A stretch of DNA of 64,000 nt from Salinivirgaceae bacterium (lineage in GTDB: Bacteria; Bacteroidota; Bacteroidia; Bacteroidales; SZUA-534), in the NCBI GenBank assembly GCA_017617355.1, contig JAFZWI010000129.1, forward strand, positions 33,673 to 97,672, read 5' to 3'. A model generated the notes under the pieces. That model did no database searches. It saw only the letters and a program-made list of their open reading frames with translations, and was not told the origin of the DNA. The position numbers and the translations under genes are program-made. Below are positions 44,521 to 53,688 of this stretch, one piece after another (position 1 is the stretch's first letter; every line of letters starts with the position of its first letter).

Positions 44521-45000
44521 ATGCCTATGTTAAAGAAAGCACTAAAAACAATTCCGGCAATTGCCTTGCTTGCAGGCGCGGCGCATTGCCAAGCGCAGAC
44601 AACCGTAACCACGGCTGGTGGTGAGGCTGGCACTGTAAGCTTCACTGTTGGGCAGACTTTTGTGGCACCAGCCTCGTCTGATGCCGGAAGCATTACGCCC
44701 GGAGTGCAGCAAGCCTATGAGATTTCTGTTGTAAATGGTATCGAAAACACGCAAATCAGCCTTGAGGCAGAGGTTTATCCTAACCCTACAGCCGACCGGC
44801 TAACGCTGAGTGTTGTTGACACCGATGCAGCCACTCTGCATTACACATTGACCGATGCCAATGGCCGCACCATTGCCGCCGCTGACATCATCGATGCGCA
44901 GACCTCAATCGATATGGGTCGTTTGACACCTGCGGTTTATCTGTTGCGTGTTGATGACGGCGCCAAGGCGTTGAAAACGTTCAGGATTGTGAAACGATAA
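44521..45000 (+). CDS. small secreted protein with T9SS C-terminal sorting domain
   Basis: Signal peptide. C-terminal EVYPNPTADRLTLSV...VYLLRV...KTFRIVKR is typical of type A T9SS CTDs. Confidence 0.75.
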   Translation: MPMLKKALKTIPAIALLAGAAHCQAQTTVTTAGGEAGTVSFTVGQTFVAPASSDAGSITPGVQQAYEISVVNGIENTQISLEAEVYPNPTADRLTLSVVDTDAATLHYTLTDANGRTIAAADIIDAQTSIDMGRLTPAVYLLRVDDGAKALKTFRIVKR

Positions 45001-45072
45001 CGAAGACGATAACTAAAACTATAATTATAACAATTAAATAATTAATAACTAACAATTTAAATAATTAGAATC

Positions 45073-46521
45073 ATGCGAAAAATTACAACAATCGTTGCTG
45101 CCCTGCTATTATCGGTGGCGACATTTGCCCAAGTCCCGCAGGGCTTCAGTTATCAGGCTGTTGTGCGTGACGCGCAGAACGCCTTAGTAGCAAACCAGAC
45201 AGTCGATGTAACATTGACTTTGAAGGCCGAAATAAAAGGCTTGCCGGTGCAGACCTACACCGAGAAACACAGCGCCAAAACCAACGCCAACGGCCTTTTG
45301 ACACTTGTTGTCGGCCAAGGCGAGAGCAGCCAGAAATTCAGCGACTTCAAATGGAACCTGCCCCAGGCTATATACAACCTCGAAACCGTAACTCCTTATG
45401 GTACAGGTACAACACAGTTGCTCAGCGTGCCTTATGCTCTCTATGCCGAGCAGGCTGGTGAAATCGACTATGTGAAATTGCTCAGCAGTCTGAAAGCGAG
45501 CGATTTGAGCACCATTCTTGGTCTGGCCGAATACCTGAAACAAGCCGATATTCAGGAATTGCTTTCTACTTACGCACTTAAAACCGAAATTCCGACCGAT
45601 GTCAATCTTTCGGCTTATGCCAAAACAGATACGATTGATTATTATTACGCAAAGAAGACTGACATCGGCGCCATGGTTGACTATATCAACGACACGATTA
45701 ACTATTATTATGCTAAGAAAACCGACATTCCTACAACAGTTTCAACATTTACTAACGATGCAGGTTACTTGACGGCCCACCAGTCGCTGGCAGATTATGC
45801 CACCACTGCCAAGCTGAACGACACAATTAACGCTTACACGAAAACTGCCGACCTTGCAGCTGTTGCCACTTCTGGCTCTTACAACGATTTGACCGACAGG
45901 CCTACAATCCCCACAGTTCCAACCAATGTTAAAGCTTTCACCAACGATGCTGGCTATCTTGTTGCGTCTGACGTTACAGGCAAAGCCGATAAAAGCGAAA
46001 TGAGTATTACAAATGGTACGGGAACCGCAACCATTCAACTTAAAAGCGGCACTTCGGCAACTGTGCTGACCGCGCACCAGTCAATTGCCAACAATTCAAC
46101 AATTCAAGAGCTTCAGCAACAGATTGCCGCCTTGCAGGCAGCAATGCCTAAAATGGCTACTGTAAATGTTACCGTTAATTATGATGCAGGTGATTCCGAT
46201 ATGGCATATATATGGATGTTCGGAGAGAAGATTACTGGCACGAAGACCTTCAAGGCTCCATTAGGATATGCACTTTTATGGAAATTCGTGTTCGGCACAA
46301 AAGATTGTTCATGGAAACCATATTCATATTGCTCGGTAAAGGTGAACAACAGCAATTATTCTAATCCGGCGAGAGAATACGATGATAACATTTATTATTA
46401 TATACCTACATACGATAGTTATATTAAAAGTAATACGGAGCATCAACCATACAGCATTGCTATAGACGAGGAAACTGTAAACATAGTGATAACCGTACAC
46501 GCAGTTAACCAAAGCAACTAA
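45073..46521 (+). CDS. secreted repeat protein with tail-fibre-like motifs
   Basis: Signal peptide. N-terminal QVPQGFSYQAVVRDAQNALVANQTV...SVPYALYAEQAG module. Internal repeats (YYYAKKTDI x2, FTNDAGYL x2) and SGSYNDLTDRP. Confidence 0.7.
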   Translation: MRKITTIVAALLLSVATFAQVPQGFSYQAVVRDAQNALVANQTVDVTLTLKAEIKGLPVQTYTEKHSAKTNANGLLTLVVGQGESSQKFSDFKWNLPQAIYNLETVTPYGTGTTQLLSVPYALYAEQAGEIDYVKLLSSLKASDLSTILGLAEYLKQADIQELLSTYALKTEIPTDVNLSAYAKTDTIDYYYAKKTDIGAMVDYINDTINYYYAKKTDIPTTVSTFTNDAGYLTAHQSLADYATTAKLNDTINAYTKTADLAAVATSGSYNDLTDRPTIPTVPTNVKAFTNDAGYLVASDVTGKADKSEMSITNGTGTATIQLKSGTSATVLTAHQSIANNSTIQELQQQIAALQAAMPKMATVNVTVNYDAGDSDMAYIWMFGEKITGTKTFKAPLGYALLWKFVFGTKDCSWKPYSYCSVKVNNSNYSNPAREYDDNIYYYIPTYDSYIKSNTEHQPYSIAIDEETVNIVITVHAVNQSN

Positions 46522-46554
46522 TAGAGAAATTAACTGACTTTTAAGCAAATTCCT

Positions 46555-46587
46555 CTGCCGTGCTAAAGATAGCACGGCAGTTTTTTT
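46555..46587 (+). terminator. rho-independent terminator
   Basis: Perfect 10-bp stem ctgccgtgct/agcacggcag, 6-nt loop, then T7. Confidence 0.8.
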
Positions 46588-46655
46588 GCAATATAGGTGG
46601 GGGCTCTCGGCTTTCTGTTTGTCATAACAAGGCAACAATATTTCAGAATTTCTAA

Positions 46656-46663
46656 TACATTTG
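46656..46663 (+). promoter_or_regulatory. candidate -7 box (TACATTTG)
   Basis: Exact TAnnTTTG about 26 nt upstream of ATG 46689, downstream of the terminator. Confidence 0.3.
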
Positions 46664-46688
46664 TTCTTCTAACAAAAACGGATTCTCT

Positions 46689-47522
46689 ATGAGAAAAATA
46701 AAATTACTGATTGCTTGTATGTGCGTATGTTTTGTATCATGCACACACGCTGATAACAAGAACGTTAACGCCTCCGACATCATTAAAATGATACAGAAGG
46801 GCAAACCTGTGCAAATGGCCAACAAGGTCATTTTTGGCGATTTGAACTTTGCCGACGCCTTGAAGCCCGAACTGTTCAGCGGCGCCGTTCTGCGCACCAA
46901 AATCGAGAGCACGGTCTATTTCACCGGCTGCGTTTTTATGGGCAAGGTGACAGCAACCTCCAATATGAGCGGAGCTGAGGTGCAGACCTGTTTCGGGCGC
47001 AATCTTGTATTCCAGGAGTGCGATTTCCGCGACACCGTCAACTTCGACAATATTGAGGTCTCGGGCGTGGTCAATTTCCAGAAAACGACCTTCCGCAAGC
47101 CGGTCTCATTCAACGGAATGACAGCTTGGACCGCCAACGGCGTCTTCTCATACATCAAGGCAGAGTCCAGTTTCGAGATGCAGGCGGCCAAGGTGCGCGG
47201 CACACTCAACATGTCAAATTCAGAGTTTGCAGGTTTTGTTAGGCTGCAGAATCTGTCAGTCGACGACAGTTTTCTTTTCAACTCAGTCAAATGCAACGGC
47301 TATGCCGATTTGTCGCTGCTTCGCACGGGCGGCCGTGCCATGTTCAACTACACGGTTTTTGGCGGTTCATGCATGATGCTGATGTCGCGCTTTGGTGGCG
47401 ATGCCGAGTTTGTGAAGACCGAGTTCGCCAAAAAGCCTAATTTTGAGAACGTTGTGTTCTACGGCCGCGCAGTTCAGGCCGACTCTATCGATTTATCTAA
47501 ATCAATTCAAATAATTAAATAG
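46689..47522 (+). CDS. lipoprotein with pentapeptide-repeat-like beta-helix
   Basis: Lipobox (CVCFVSC). About 20-residue periodic segments rich in F/L/V-x-x-x-F/N (ECDFRDTVNFDNIEVSGVVNFQKTTFRKPVSFNG...). Confidence 0.6.
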   Translation: MRKIKLLIACMCVCFVSCTHADNKNVNASDIIKMIQKGKPVQMANKVIFGDLNFADALKPELFSGAVLRTKIESTVYFTGCVFMGKVTATSNMSGAEVQTCFGRNLVFQECDFRDTVNFDNIEVSGVVNFQKTTFRKPVSFNGMTAWTANGVFSYIKAESSFEMQAAKVRGTLNMSNSEFAGFVRLQNLSVDDSFLFNSVKCNGYADLSLLRTGGRAMFNYTVFGGSCMMLMSRFGGDAEFVKTEFAKKPNFENVVFYGRAVQADSIDLSKSIQIIK

Positions 47523-49238
47523 ATGATTATGAAAAAGATGATGAAGCGCATTTTATGTTATGCGATGACCCCGCTAATCCTTTGTTCCGGAATGACATTC
47601 CAAAGTTGTACGGAAGAAGAGGTTGCTGAAATTGTGAACTACCTGCTTGCCGAATTGGTTACCGGTTGGCTGTTCGACGACGAGCATCTTGAGGATATAC
47701 CGCAGGATATTGTGGTTGTTGATGTCGATGAGGAGACGCTTGCCGACGCGGTGAGTCTCGAAAGCAAATACCCGCCCATTGGCGACCAGGGACAGTACGG
47801 CACTTGCGTGGCATGGGCCGCCGGCTATGCCATGAAAACCGCCCTCGACGGTATCGACAAAGGCTGGACCTCGACACAACTCTCAAGCCCGGCCTATCAG
47901 ACAAGCCCGGCCGATTTGTGGGCAGGCGTGACATCGAAATCGAACAAGAAAGGCTGTGACGGAACAAGTTTCGAGACAGCGCTTACAGCTCTTATATCGA
48001 CAGGCGCGGCTTCGCTGCAGGATGTGCCTTACACATCGCTCGACTGCAAAAACGTGCGTTCGCCCAAAGGCGCGGCCAATGCCAAACTTGCCAACTACCG
48101 TAAGATTGCCGACAGCGACGCCAAGCAGGGTATGACTGTCGAAAACTTCAAATATTATCTTGACGAGGGCCGTCCGGTGGTGATAGGAGCCAAGCTGGGC
48201 GACCGTTTCATGTCGTGGAACAGCTCGGCTATAATCAGTTACGACACCTACTTGCAGAAGGGAATGCAGCACGCCTACCATGCAATGGTTCTGTCGGGCT
48301 ATGACAATGAGCGCCAGGCTTTCCGCGTGCGTAACTCGTGGGGCACCTCGTGGGGCAACAAAGGTAGCATTTGGGTTGATTACAATTTCTTCATCAAGAG
48401 TTTCTGTTTTGCTGCGTTTGTGGCTCAAAACGAGAATTCGGTTTCGGCAAGCGCCGGTGCCATAGCCCAAGCCGATTTGACATCGGGCTACGACCTGCTG
48501 GCCTACAGCGCCATTGACTGGGACGATGACGACTCCGACGATATGGACAACCCCAACTCACGCTATTTCACCTACAGCGTCTTCAACTCTGGCGACAAGG
48601 CCGTTTTGGCCTCTCAGCGCTGGTCAGTGGTCTATATGTACTACAACGCCTTCGACGCCAACGATTATCAGATTATCTATCACGATTATTATACCGATGA
48701 GTTTGGTGAGCCGGGCGACAACGATGAGTATGAGGACAATACCGCACTTGCGGGCGCATGGTGGAACAATACCAACACTGCGGCCGGTCAAATGGTCGGT
48801 TACGAGGAGTATGGTGATGATGGATTCCAGATTCATTACCAAATGCCAAAGTCGGTCGACGGTAAATATTATCTGGTGGTTATTGCCGATGCTTATGGCG
48901 TGATAGCTGAGGGCAACGAGGACAACAACTTCTACTTCATAACCGCTGAAGACGGCAAGCCTCTTACCTTTGTCAATGGTGTCATGCAAGACGAGCTTGA
49001 GAACAACTTCAAAAGCGGCAAGGCCAAACGTCCGGCCAAGTATGCCGACACCCCGAATCAGACGCCTGTATGCAAGGGCAACGAGAATGCCTACACTCCG
49101 GGTGAGATTAGCGCCATGTTGCTTGCCGACAAGAAAAATGGACGTCTTGAGAAGAAATTGGCTCACTATCAGCTTTATAAAGCCAGCAATCCGCGTGCTG
49201 TTAAAATGGCAAGGCGTGTGAACAAAGCTGAAAAATAG
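47523..49238 (+). CDS. papain-like (C1 family) cysteine peptidase lipoprotein with acidic / CARDB-like C-terminal region
   Basis: Lipobox (LILCSGMTFQSC). Catalytic blocks DQGQYGTCVAWAAGYA (Gln/Cys), HAMVLSGYD (His) and RVRNSWGTSWGNKGSIWV (Asn-Ser-Trp). Later DWDDDDSDDMDN and AEGNEDNNFYF. Confidence 0.85.
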   Translation: MIMKKMMKRILCYAMTPLILCSGMTFQSCTEEEVAEIVNYLLAELVTGWLFDDEHLEDIPQDIVVVDVDEETLADAVSLESKYPPIGDQGQYGTCVAWAAGYAMKTALDGIDKGWTSTQLSSPAYQTSPADLWAGVTSKSNKKGCDGTSFETALTALISTGAASLQDVPYTSLDCKNVRSPKGAANAKLANYRKIADSDAKQGMTVENFKYYLDEGRPVVIGAKLGDRFMSWNSSAIISYDTYLQKGMQHAYHAMVLSGYDNERQAFRVRNSWGTSWGNKGSIWVDYNFFIKSFCFAAFVAQNENSVSASAGAIAQADLTSGYDLLAYSAIDWDDDDSDDMDNPNSRYFTYSVFNSGDKAVLASQRWSVVYMYYNAFDANDYQIIYHDYYTDEFGEPGDNDEYEDNTALAGAWWNNTNTAAGQMVGYEEYGDDGFQIHYQMPKSVDGKYYLVVIADAYGVIAEGNEDNNFYFITAEDGKPLTFVNGVMQDELENNFKSGKAKRPAKYADTPNQTPVCKGNENAYTPGEISAMLLADKKNGRLEKKLAHYQLYKASNPRAVKMARRVNKAEK

Positions 49239-49265
49239 CCGGTAGCTGCCGATTGCCGGTAAAGC

Positions 49266-49301
49266 AAAACGGTCGCATCAGCTCTCTGGTGCGACCGTTT
49301 T
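49266..49301. terminator. bidirectional hairpin terminator between convergent genes
   Basis: 12-bp stem aaaacggtcgca/tgcgaccgtttt with a 12-nt loop, between the peptidase (+) and rng (-). Confidence 0.7.
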
Positions 49302-49328
49302 TTATGTCTTTAAATCGGTGAATGACTA

Positions 49329-50876
49329 TTACAAGTAAATCTTCTCGTTGTTCTTGTCTAAGAACGCATACTCGAGGAAAGTGTGCGAGTTTGCGGCTTT
49401 TACTTTCAGCCGGTGCAGATATTTCAGTCTCCAGTGCAGCTTAATCGAGAACAGACCTTTGTTCAGATAGGCGGCAATGAACGGATGAACGGCCAGTGTG
49501 ATAGGTTTGTTCTTGTATTTCTGCATTCCCCAGCGTATGATGTTTTCCAACTCGTCGATGATGAGCAGGGTGGGGGTAACTTCGCCCGAGCCGTTGCACG
49601 ACGGGCATTTCTCCAATGTGCTCACGGTTGTCTCGGGGCGCACACGCTGGCGGGTTATCTGTATCAGACAGAATTTGCTGAGCGGCAGCACGTGGTGACG
49701 CGCACGGTCGTTCTGCATGCACTCCTTCATGTATTCGTACAGCTTCTGTTTGTTCTCAGCGGTGTGCATGTCGATAAAATCGATGACAATAATGCCGCCC
49801 AAATCACGCAGGCGAAGCTGGCGTGCAATCTCGGCCGCAGCAACCATGTTCACATCAATGGCGTTCTCCTCCTGATTGGTGCTGTTTTGTGTGCGGTTGC
49901 CCGAGTTGACATCTATAACGTGCAGAGCCTCAGTGCGTTCTATAACCAGATAAGCGCCTTTCTGCAGCGCTACGGTCTTTCCGAACAGCGATTTAATCTG
50001 TTTCTCCAGCCCGAAATGCTCGAAAATGGGTTGCGCGCCGTCGTAGAGTTTGACAATCTTCTCGCGGTCGGGCGCAATGCCTCTTATATACTCTTTGGTG
50101 GCTTCGTATAGCTTCGGGTCGTTTATGTGAATCTCGTTGAAATCGGGATTGAAAAAGTCGCGCAGCATTGCTGTTGTGCGGTCAAGCTCGCCAATGAACA
50201 GTTTTGGCGAAGCGTTTTTCAGATTCTGGAAGGCGCTCTGCCATTTCTCAACCAGGCTGCGCAGTTCGGCGTCAAGGTCCGATATGTTGCTGCCTTCGGC
50301 CACGGTGCGCACAATCACTCCGTAGTTCTTTGGGCGTATGCTGTGGATGATGCCGCGCAGACGCTCACGTTCGGCTTTTGATTGTATCTTCTGCGACACC
50401 GAAACCTTGTCGGAGAACGGCATCAGCACCAGATTGCGCCCGGCTATTGATATTTCTGATGTCAGGCGCGGCCCCTTGGTCGAAATCGGCTCTTTGGCAA
50501 TCTGCACCAGCACCGGCTGTCCGTCGTGCAGCACTTGGCATATCTTTCCGTGTTTGTCGATGTCCGGCTCCATGTCGAAATTGCTTATCGATGTGAGCGG
50601 ATTCTTGTGTTCAATGTAGCTGAGCACGTATTTGTTTATCGAGCGGAATTGCGGGCCAAGGTCAAGGTAGTGCAGAAAAGCGTCTTTGTCATAGCCGACA
50701 TCGACAAATGCGGCGTTCAATCCCGACATTATTTTTTTCACTTTTCCCAGATAGATATCGCCGACAGAGAAGTTGTTGTTATTCTTCTCTCTGTTCAGTT
50801 CAACCAATACCTTGTCTTCGACAAGTGCAGTAACAACCTCCGAAGGGGTTGCGTTTATTACCAATTCCTTGCTCAC
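49329..50876 (-). CDS. rng: ribonuclease E/G family (RNase G-like)
   Basis: S1 domain GDIYLGKVKKIMSGLNAAFVDVG and catalytic-core blocks (GGIIVIDFIDM). Apparent GTG start. Confidence 0.85.
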   Translation of the reverse strand: MSKELVINATPSEVVTALVEDKVLVELNREKNNNNFSVGDIYLGKVKKIMSGLNAAFVDVGYDKDAFLHYLDLGPQFRSINKYVLSYIEHKNPLTSISNFDMEPDIDKHGKICQVLHDGQPVLVQIAKEPISTKGPRLTSEISIAGRNLVLMPFSDKVSVSQKIQSKAERERLRGIIHSIRPKNYGVIVRTVAEGSNISDLDAELRSLVEKWQSAFQNLKNASPKLFIGELDRTTAMLRDFFNPDFNEIHINDPKLYEATKEYIRGIAPDREKIVKLYDGAQPIFEHFGLEKQIKSLFGKTVALQKGAYLVIERTEALHVIDVNSGNRTQNSTNQEENAIDVNMVAAAEIARQLRLRDLGGIIVIDFIDMHTAENKQKLYEYMKECMQNDRARHHVLPLSKFCLIQITRQRVRPETTVSTLEKCPSCNGSGEVTPTLLIIDELENIIRWGMQKYKNKPITLAVHPFIAAYLNKGLFSIKLHWRLKYLHRLKVKAANSHTFLEYAFLDKNNEKIYL

Positions 50877-50950
50877 CTTTCTTATCTTTTACACGGATTA
50901 CGGCGGTTTTGTATCTTTTGTTCCGCTGCCGTATTTTTGGAACCTAATGT

Positions 50951-50997
50951 CTATAAAAACAATAAACCTTAAGAGGTTGCTCAGAAGGTTTATTGTT
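50951..50997 (-). terminator. hairpin terminator/attenuator between the small basic ORF and rng
   Basis: 13-bp perfect stem (50958..50970 / 50985..50997), followed on the minus strand by TTTTAT. Confidence 0.55.
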
Positions 50998-51016
50998 ATT
51001 TCATCTTAGAGAAAAA

Positions 51017-51106
51017 TTATTTCTTCTTATGACGATTCTTGCGAAGGCGTTTTTTGCGCTTGTGAGTCGCCATTTTGTGCCTTTTATGTTTTTTACCGTT
51101 TGGCAT
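51017..51106 (-). CDS. 29-aa ultra-basic protein (bS22 / AURKAIP1-COX24-like small ribosomal protein candidate)
   Basis: My translation of the minus strand: MPNGKKHKRHKMATHKRKKRLRKNRHKKK. It lies 20 nt downstream of the HU gene and is below the ORF-track length cutoff. Confidence 0.55.
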   Translation of the reverse strand: MPNGKKHKRHKMATHKRKKRLRKNRHKKK

Positions 51107-51126
51107 AATCGTAATATTTAAAGTTG

Positions 51127-51411
51127 TTATTTAACGTTCGATTTTACGTTTGTCTTGAAAGTTTTAGCTGGTTTGAACGAGGGGATGAAGTGCTCCGGAA
51201 TAACCAACGAAGTGTTCTTCGAAATGTTGCGGGCTGTCTTCTTTGCTCTTTTCTTCAAAGCAAAGCTGCCAAATCCTCTCAGATAAACATTCTCACCGTT
51301 CTCCAACGATGATTTGATGTTATCCATTAATGCCTCTACAGTTTTTTGAACTGTTACTTTCTCAATCCCTGTGTTCTTTGAGATTTCGTTAACGATGTCT
51401 GCTTTTGTCAT
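51127..51411 (-). CDS. hup: HU family DNA-binding protein
   Basis: MTKADIVNEISKNTGI...VYLRGFGSF...ARNISKNTSLVIPEH is a typical HU/IHF fold sequence. Confidence 0.9.
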   Translation of the reverse strand: MTKADIVNEISKNTGIEKVTVQKTVEALMDNIKSSLENGENVYLRGFGSFALKKRAKKTARNISKNTSLVIPEHFIPSFKPAKTFKTNVKSNVK

Positions 51412-51461
51412 AGCTAAAATCTTTTATTATCAATAAATTAAAAATTCTTGAAAAGTGTTGG

Positions 51462-51469
51462 CAAATATA
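51462..51469 (-). promoter_or_regulatory. candidate -7 box for the HU operon (TATATTTG on the minus strand)
   Basis: The plus strand reads CAAATATA, the reverse complement of TAnnTTTG. About 51 nt upstream of the HU ATG. Confidence 0.35.
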
Positions 51470-51578
51470 GGCTAATAATTATAATGTTGAAACAAAAAGC
51501 GTAAAATTTTCTTTTTTAACGCCAATATATTGATATTTAGTTATTTGATGAGATTTTGTGTCTTGTGTCTTGGCGTAT

Positions 51579-51950
51579 TTATTTGCAGAAATCGTTAACT
51601 AATTTCTGGATTTTTGTAATCAGATATGGTTTGGTAATCAGCTCGTTGAAGCCGCAAGCCGAAAACTCGCTGAAAAAGTCGGCTGGGTCGTGGGCGGTCA
51701 GCGCTATAACCGGAATCTGTGATTTGTGACCTTCGATTTTCCTGATAGCGCTTGTCGTCTCAAGGCCGTTCATCACAGGCATCTCAATGTCCATAAGCAC
51801 CATGTCAAAATCCGATTCGATTATCATGTCGTAGGCCTCTTTGCCGTTTTTGGCTGTCGAGCATTCGCATCCTATCGATGAGGCTATGTCCGACAACAGC
51901 ATCCTGTTCACTAAAATATCGTCGACTATCAGAACTCTTGGTTTGCTCAT
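51579..51950 (-). CDS. stand-alone response-regulator receiver (CheY-like)
   Basis: VLIVDD, VLMDIEMPVMNG and VIALTAH...KP. 123 aa with no output domain. Confidence 0.85.
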   Translation of the reverse strand: MSKPRVLIVDDILVNRMLLSDIASSIGCECSTAKNGKEAYDMIIESDFDMVLMDIEMPVMNGLETTSAIRKIEGHKSQIPVIALTAHDPADFFSEFSACGFNELITKPYLITKIQKLVNDFCK

Positions 51951-52044
51951 AATTGATTGATTTATTGATTAACTGATTGATAGATTAATGGAATTTTAAC
52001 TTTATACTCTACATTGTACAAAATAAGCGTTTTTGTGACAATTG

Positions 52045-53478
52045 TCATTCGCTCTTGAAAAAATTGTCGCTGAAGTTGACAAGGTAAAGCTGTTGAGTAG
52101 GGCGGGTGAAGGCTGTGTAGAGCCAGCGCATAAACTCGGTGTTCACCATATCATCCGTCAGCCAGCCGTGGTCGATAAACACATTCTGCCATTGTCCGCC
52201 CTGCGCCTTGTGGCATGTTATGGCATAGCTGAATTTAACTTGCAGTGCGTTGAAGTACGGGTTTTCCTTCACTTTTTTGATGCGCTCCCGTTTGTTGCCA
52301 ATGTCGGCGTAGTCTTCCATAACGGCGTTGAAGAGCCGCATATTCTGTTCGCTTGTCAGTGCAGGCGCTTCCGATGTCAGTGTGTCTAATAATATATATG
52401 TGTGTATCTCGAGGTCGTAATCTATTATGCGAAGGTCAACCTCGGCAAAGCGGAAGCCGTACAGTTCCTTGTATTTCCCCACGCGTGTTATCTCGGCAAT
52501 GTCGCCGTTGGCGAGGAACGGTGTTGTTTTTTGTTCTTCTTCCGACAGCCAGAAATAGTTGTTTTTCACAATCATAAGCAGGTCGCCACGGGCAATCTCC
52601 TCATCGTGCCATAAAATGCGCCGGCGTATGCCTTCGTTGTACAGGTTGGCGGTTTTGTTAGAGCGGCACAGCACTATCGTGTTCTCGATGCCCGATTTGT
52701 CGTAGCAGTTTTCGATAGTCTCAATCAGCTCGCCGCCTTTTATCCTCCTTACATCGGTAAAGTTTCTGGTGGTGAGCTGAGGATAGCCTTTTTCGCCGGC
52801 AGCTATCGCTTGTCGCAGGTAGGTGGCGTTGTGCAGGATGCCCGATTGCCCGGCTTGTCGCACAACTTGCCTCAACTCTATTTGGCTGACACTGAAGCCT
52901 ATGTCATCTATGGCTTTGCTGTCGAGTGCAGGGCTTATGTCAAGTCCGACGGGAGGGAGCTGTGCGGTGTCGCCAACAAGTATTATCTTGCACATATCGC
53001 CGCTGTATACGTATTCGAAAAGGTCATCAAGCAACTTGCCCGAGCCGAACACCGAGTTCTCAGCCGCGTTGTTCGAAATCATCGAGGCCTCGTCTACTAT
53101 AAATATGGTGCGTTTGTGCGGATTCTTGTCGAGCACAAAGTCGCCAAAACCATTGGTTGATGATTTCTGACGGTAGATTTTTTTGTGAATGGTGAACGCC
53201 GGATGCCCCGAATAGTGCGATAGCACTTTGGCGGCGCGTCCGGTGGGAGCGAGCAGAACCGATTTGAGTCCAACTTTCGGAAGAGCCTTTACCATAGCTG
53301 CCACAATCGATGTTTTGCCGGTGCCGGCGTATCCGCGTATTATAAAGACATGGTCGCGGAAATTGGGGCTGTAATAGCTGGCGACAAATTCCGACAGCTT
53401 GGAAATCAGGCTGTTTTGGTCGTCCGTCGGAATCACGCCCAACTCGTTTATCAGTTTGTTGCCGATGTCATTTATCAT
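52045..53478 (-). CDS. RecD-like/TraA-family SF1 DNA helicase
   Basis: Walker A GYAGTGKTS, Walker B IFIVDEASM and C-terminal YAITCHKAQGGQW. ATG 53478 is preferred over the upstream hydrophobic extension. Confidence 0.8.
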   Translation of the reverse strand: MINDIGNKLINELGVIPTDDQNSLISKLSEFVASYYSPNFRDHVFIIRGYAGTGKTSIVAAMVKALPKVGLKSVLLAPTGRAAKVLSHYSGHPAFTIHKKIYRQKSSTNGFGDFVLDKNPHKRTIFIVDEASMISNNAAENSVFGSGKLLDDLFEYVYSGDMCKIILVGDTAQLPPVGLDISPALDSKAIDDIGFSVSQIELRQVVRQAGQSGILHNATYLRQAIAAGEKGYPQLTTRNFTDVRRIKGGELIETIENCYDKSGIENTIVLCRSNKTANLYNEGIRRRILWHDEEIARGDLLMIVKNNYFWLSEEEQKTTPFLANGDIAEITRVGKYKELYGFRFAEVDLRIIDYDLEIHTYILLDTLTSEAPALTSEQNMRLFNAVMEDYADIGNKRERIKKVKENPYFNALQVKFSYAITCHKAQGGQWQNVFIDHGWLTDDMVNTEFMRWLYTAFTRPTQQLYLVNFSDNFFKSE

Positions 53479-53688
53479 ACTGCGAACAAAAACAAAACAA
53501 ACGTGATTGCCAAAGGAGTGAAGCCGAAAAAACACAGTTGCGCAACAAAAATCGAATAATAAGTAGAACACACCTAAAATTAATTTTATATTTGCACACG
53601 TTTGGGCGACGGATTTCGCGAGGATTAAGCGGTCAGGCGAGTTGCGGTCTCCTTGGTAAATGACTAATTATTAAATGTTTATATTATA

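Noticed and set aside
52045-53478. RecD-like helicase (and YraN at 28567..28941) as parts of a phage-defence system.
   Set aside because: Both are stand-alone, with no nuclease, methylase or effector partners. Both match widely conserved housekeeping-type families, and there is no defence-island context.
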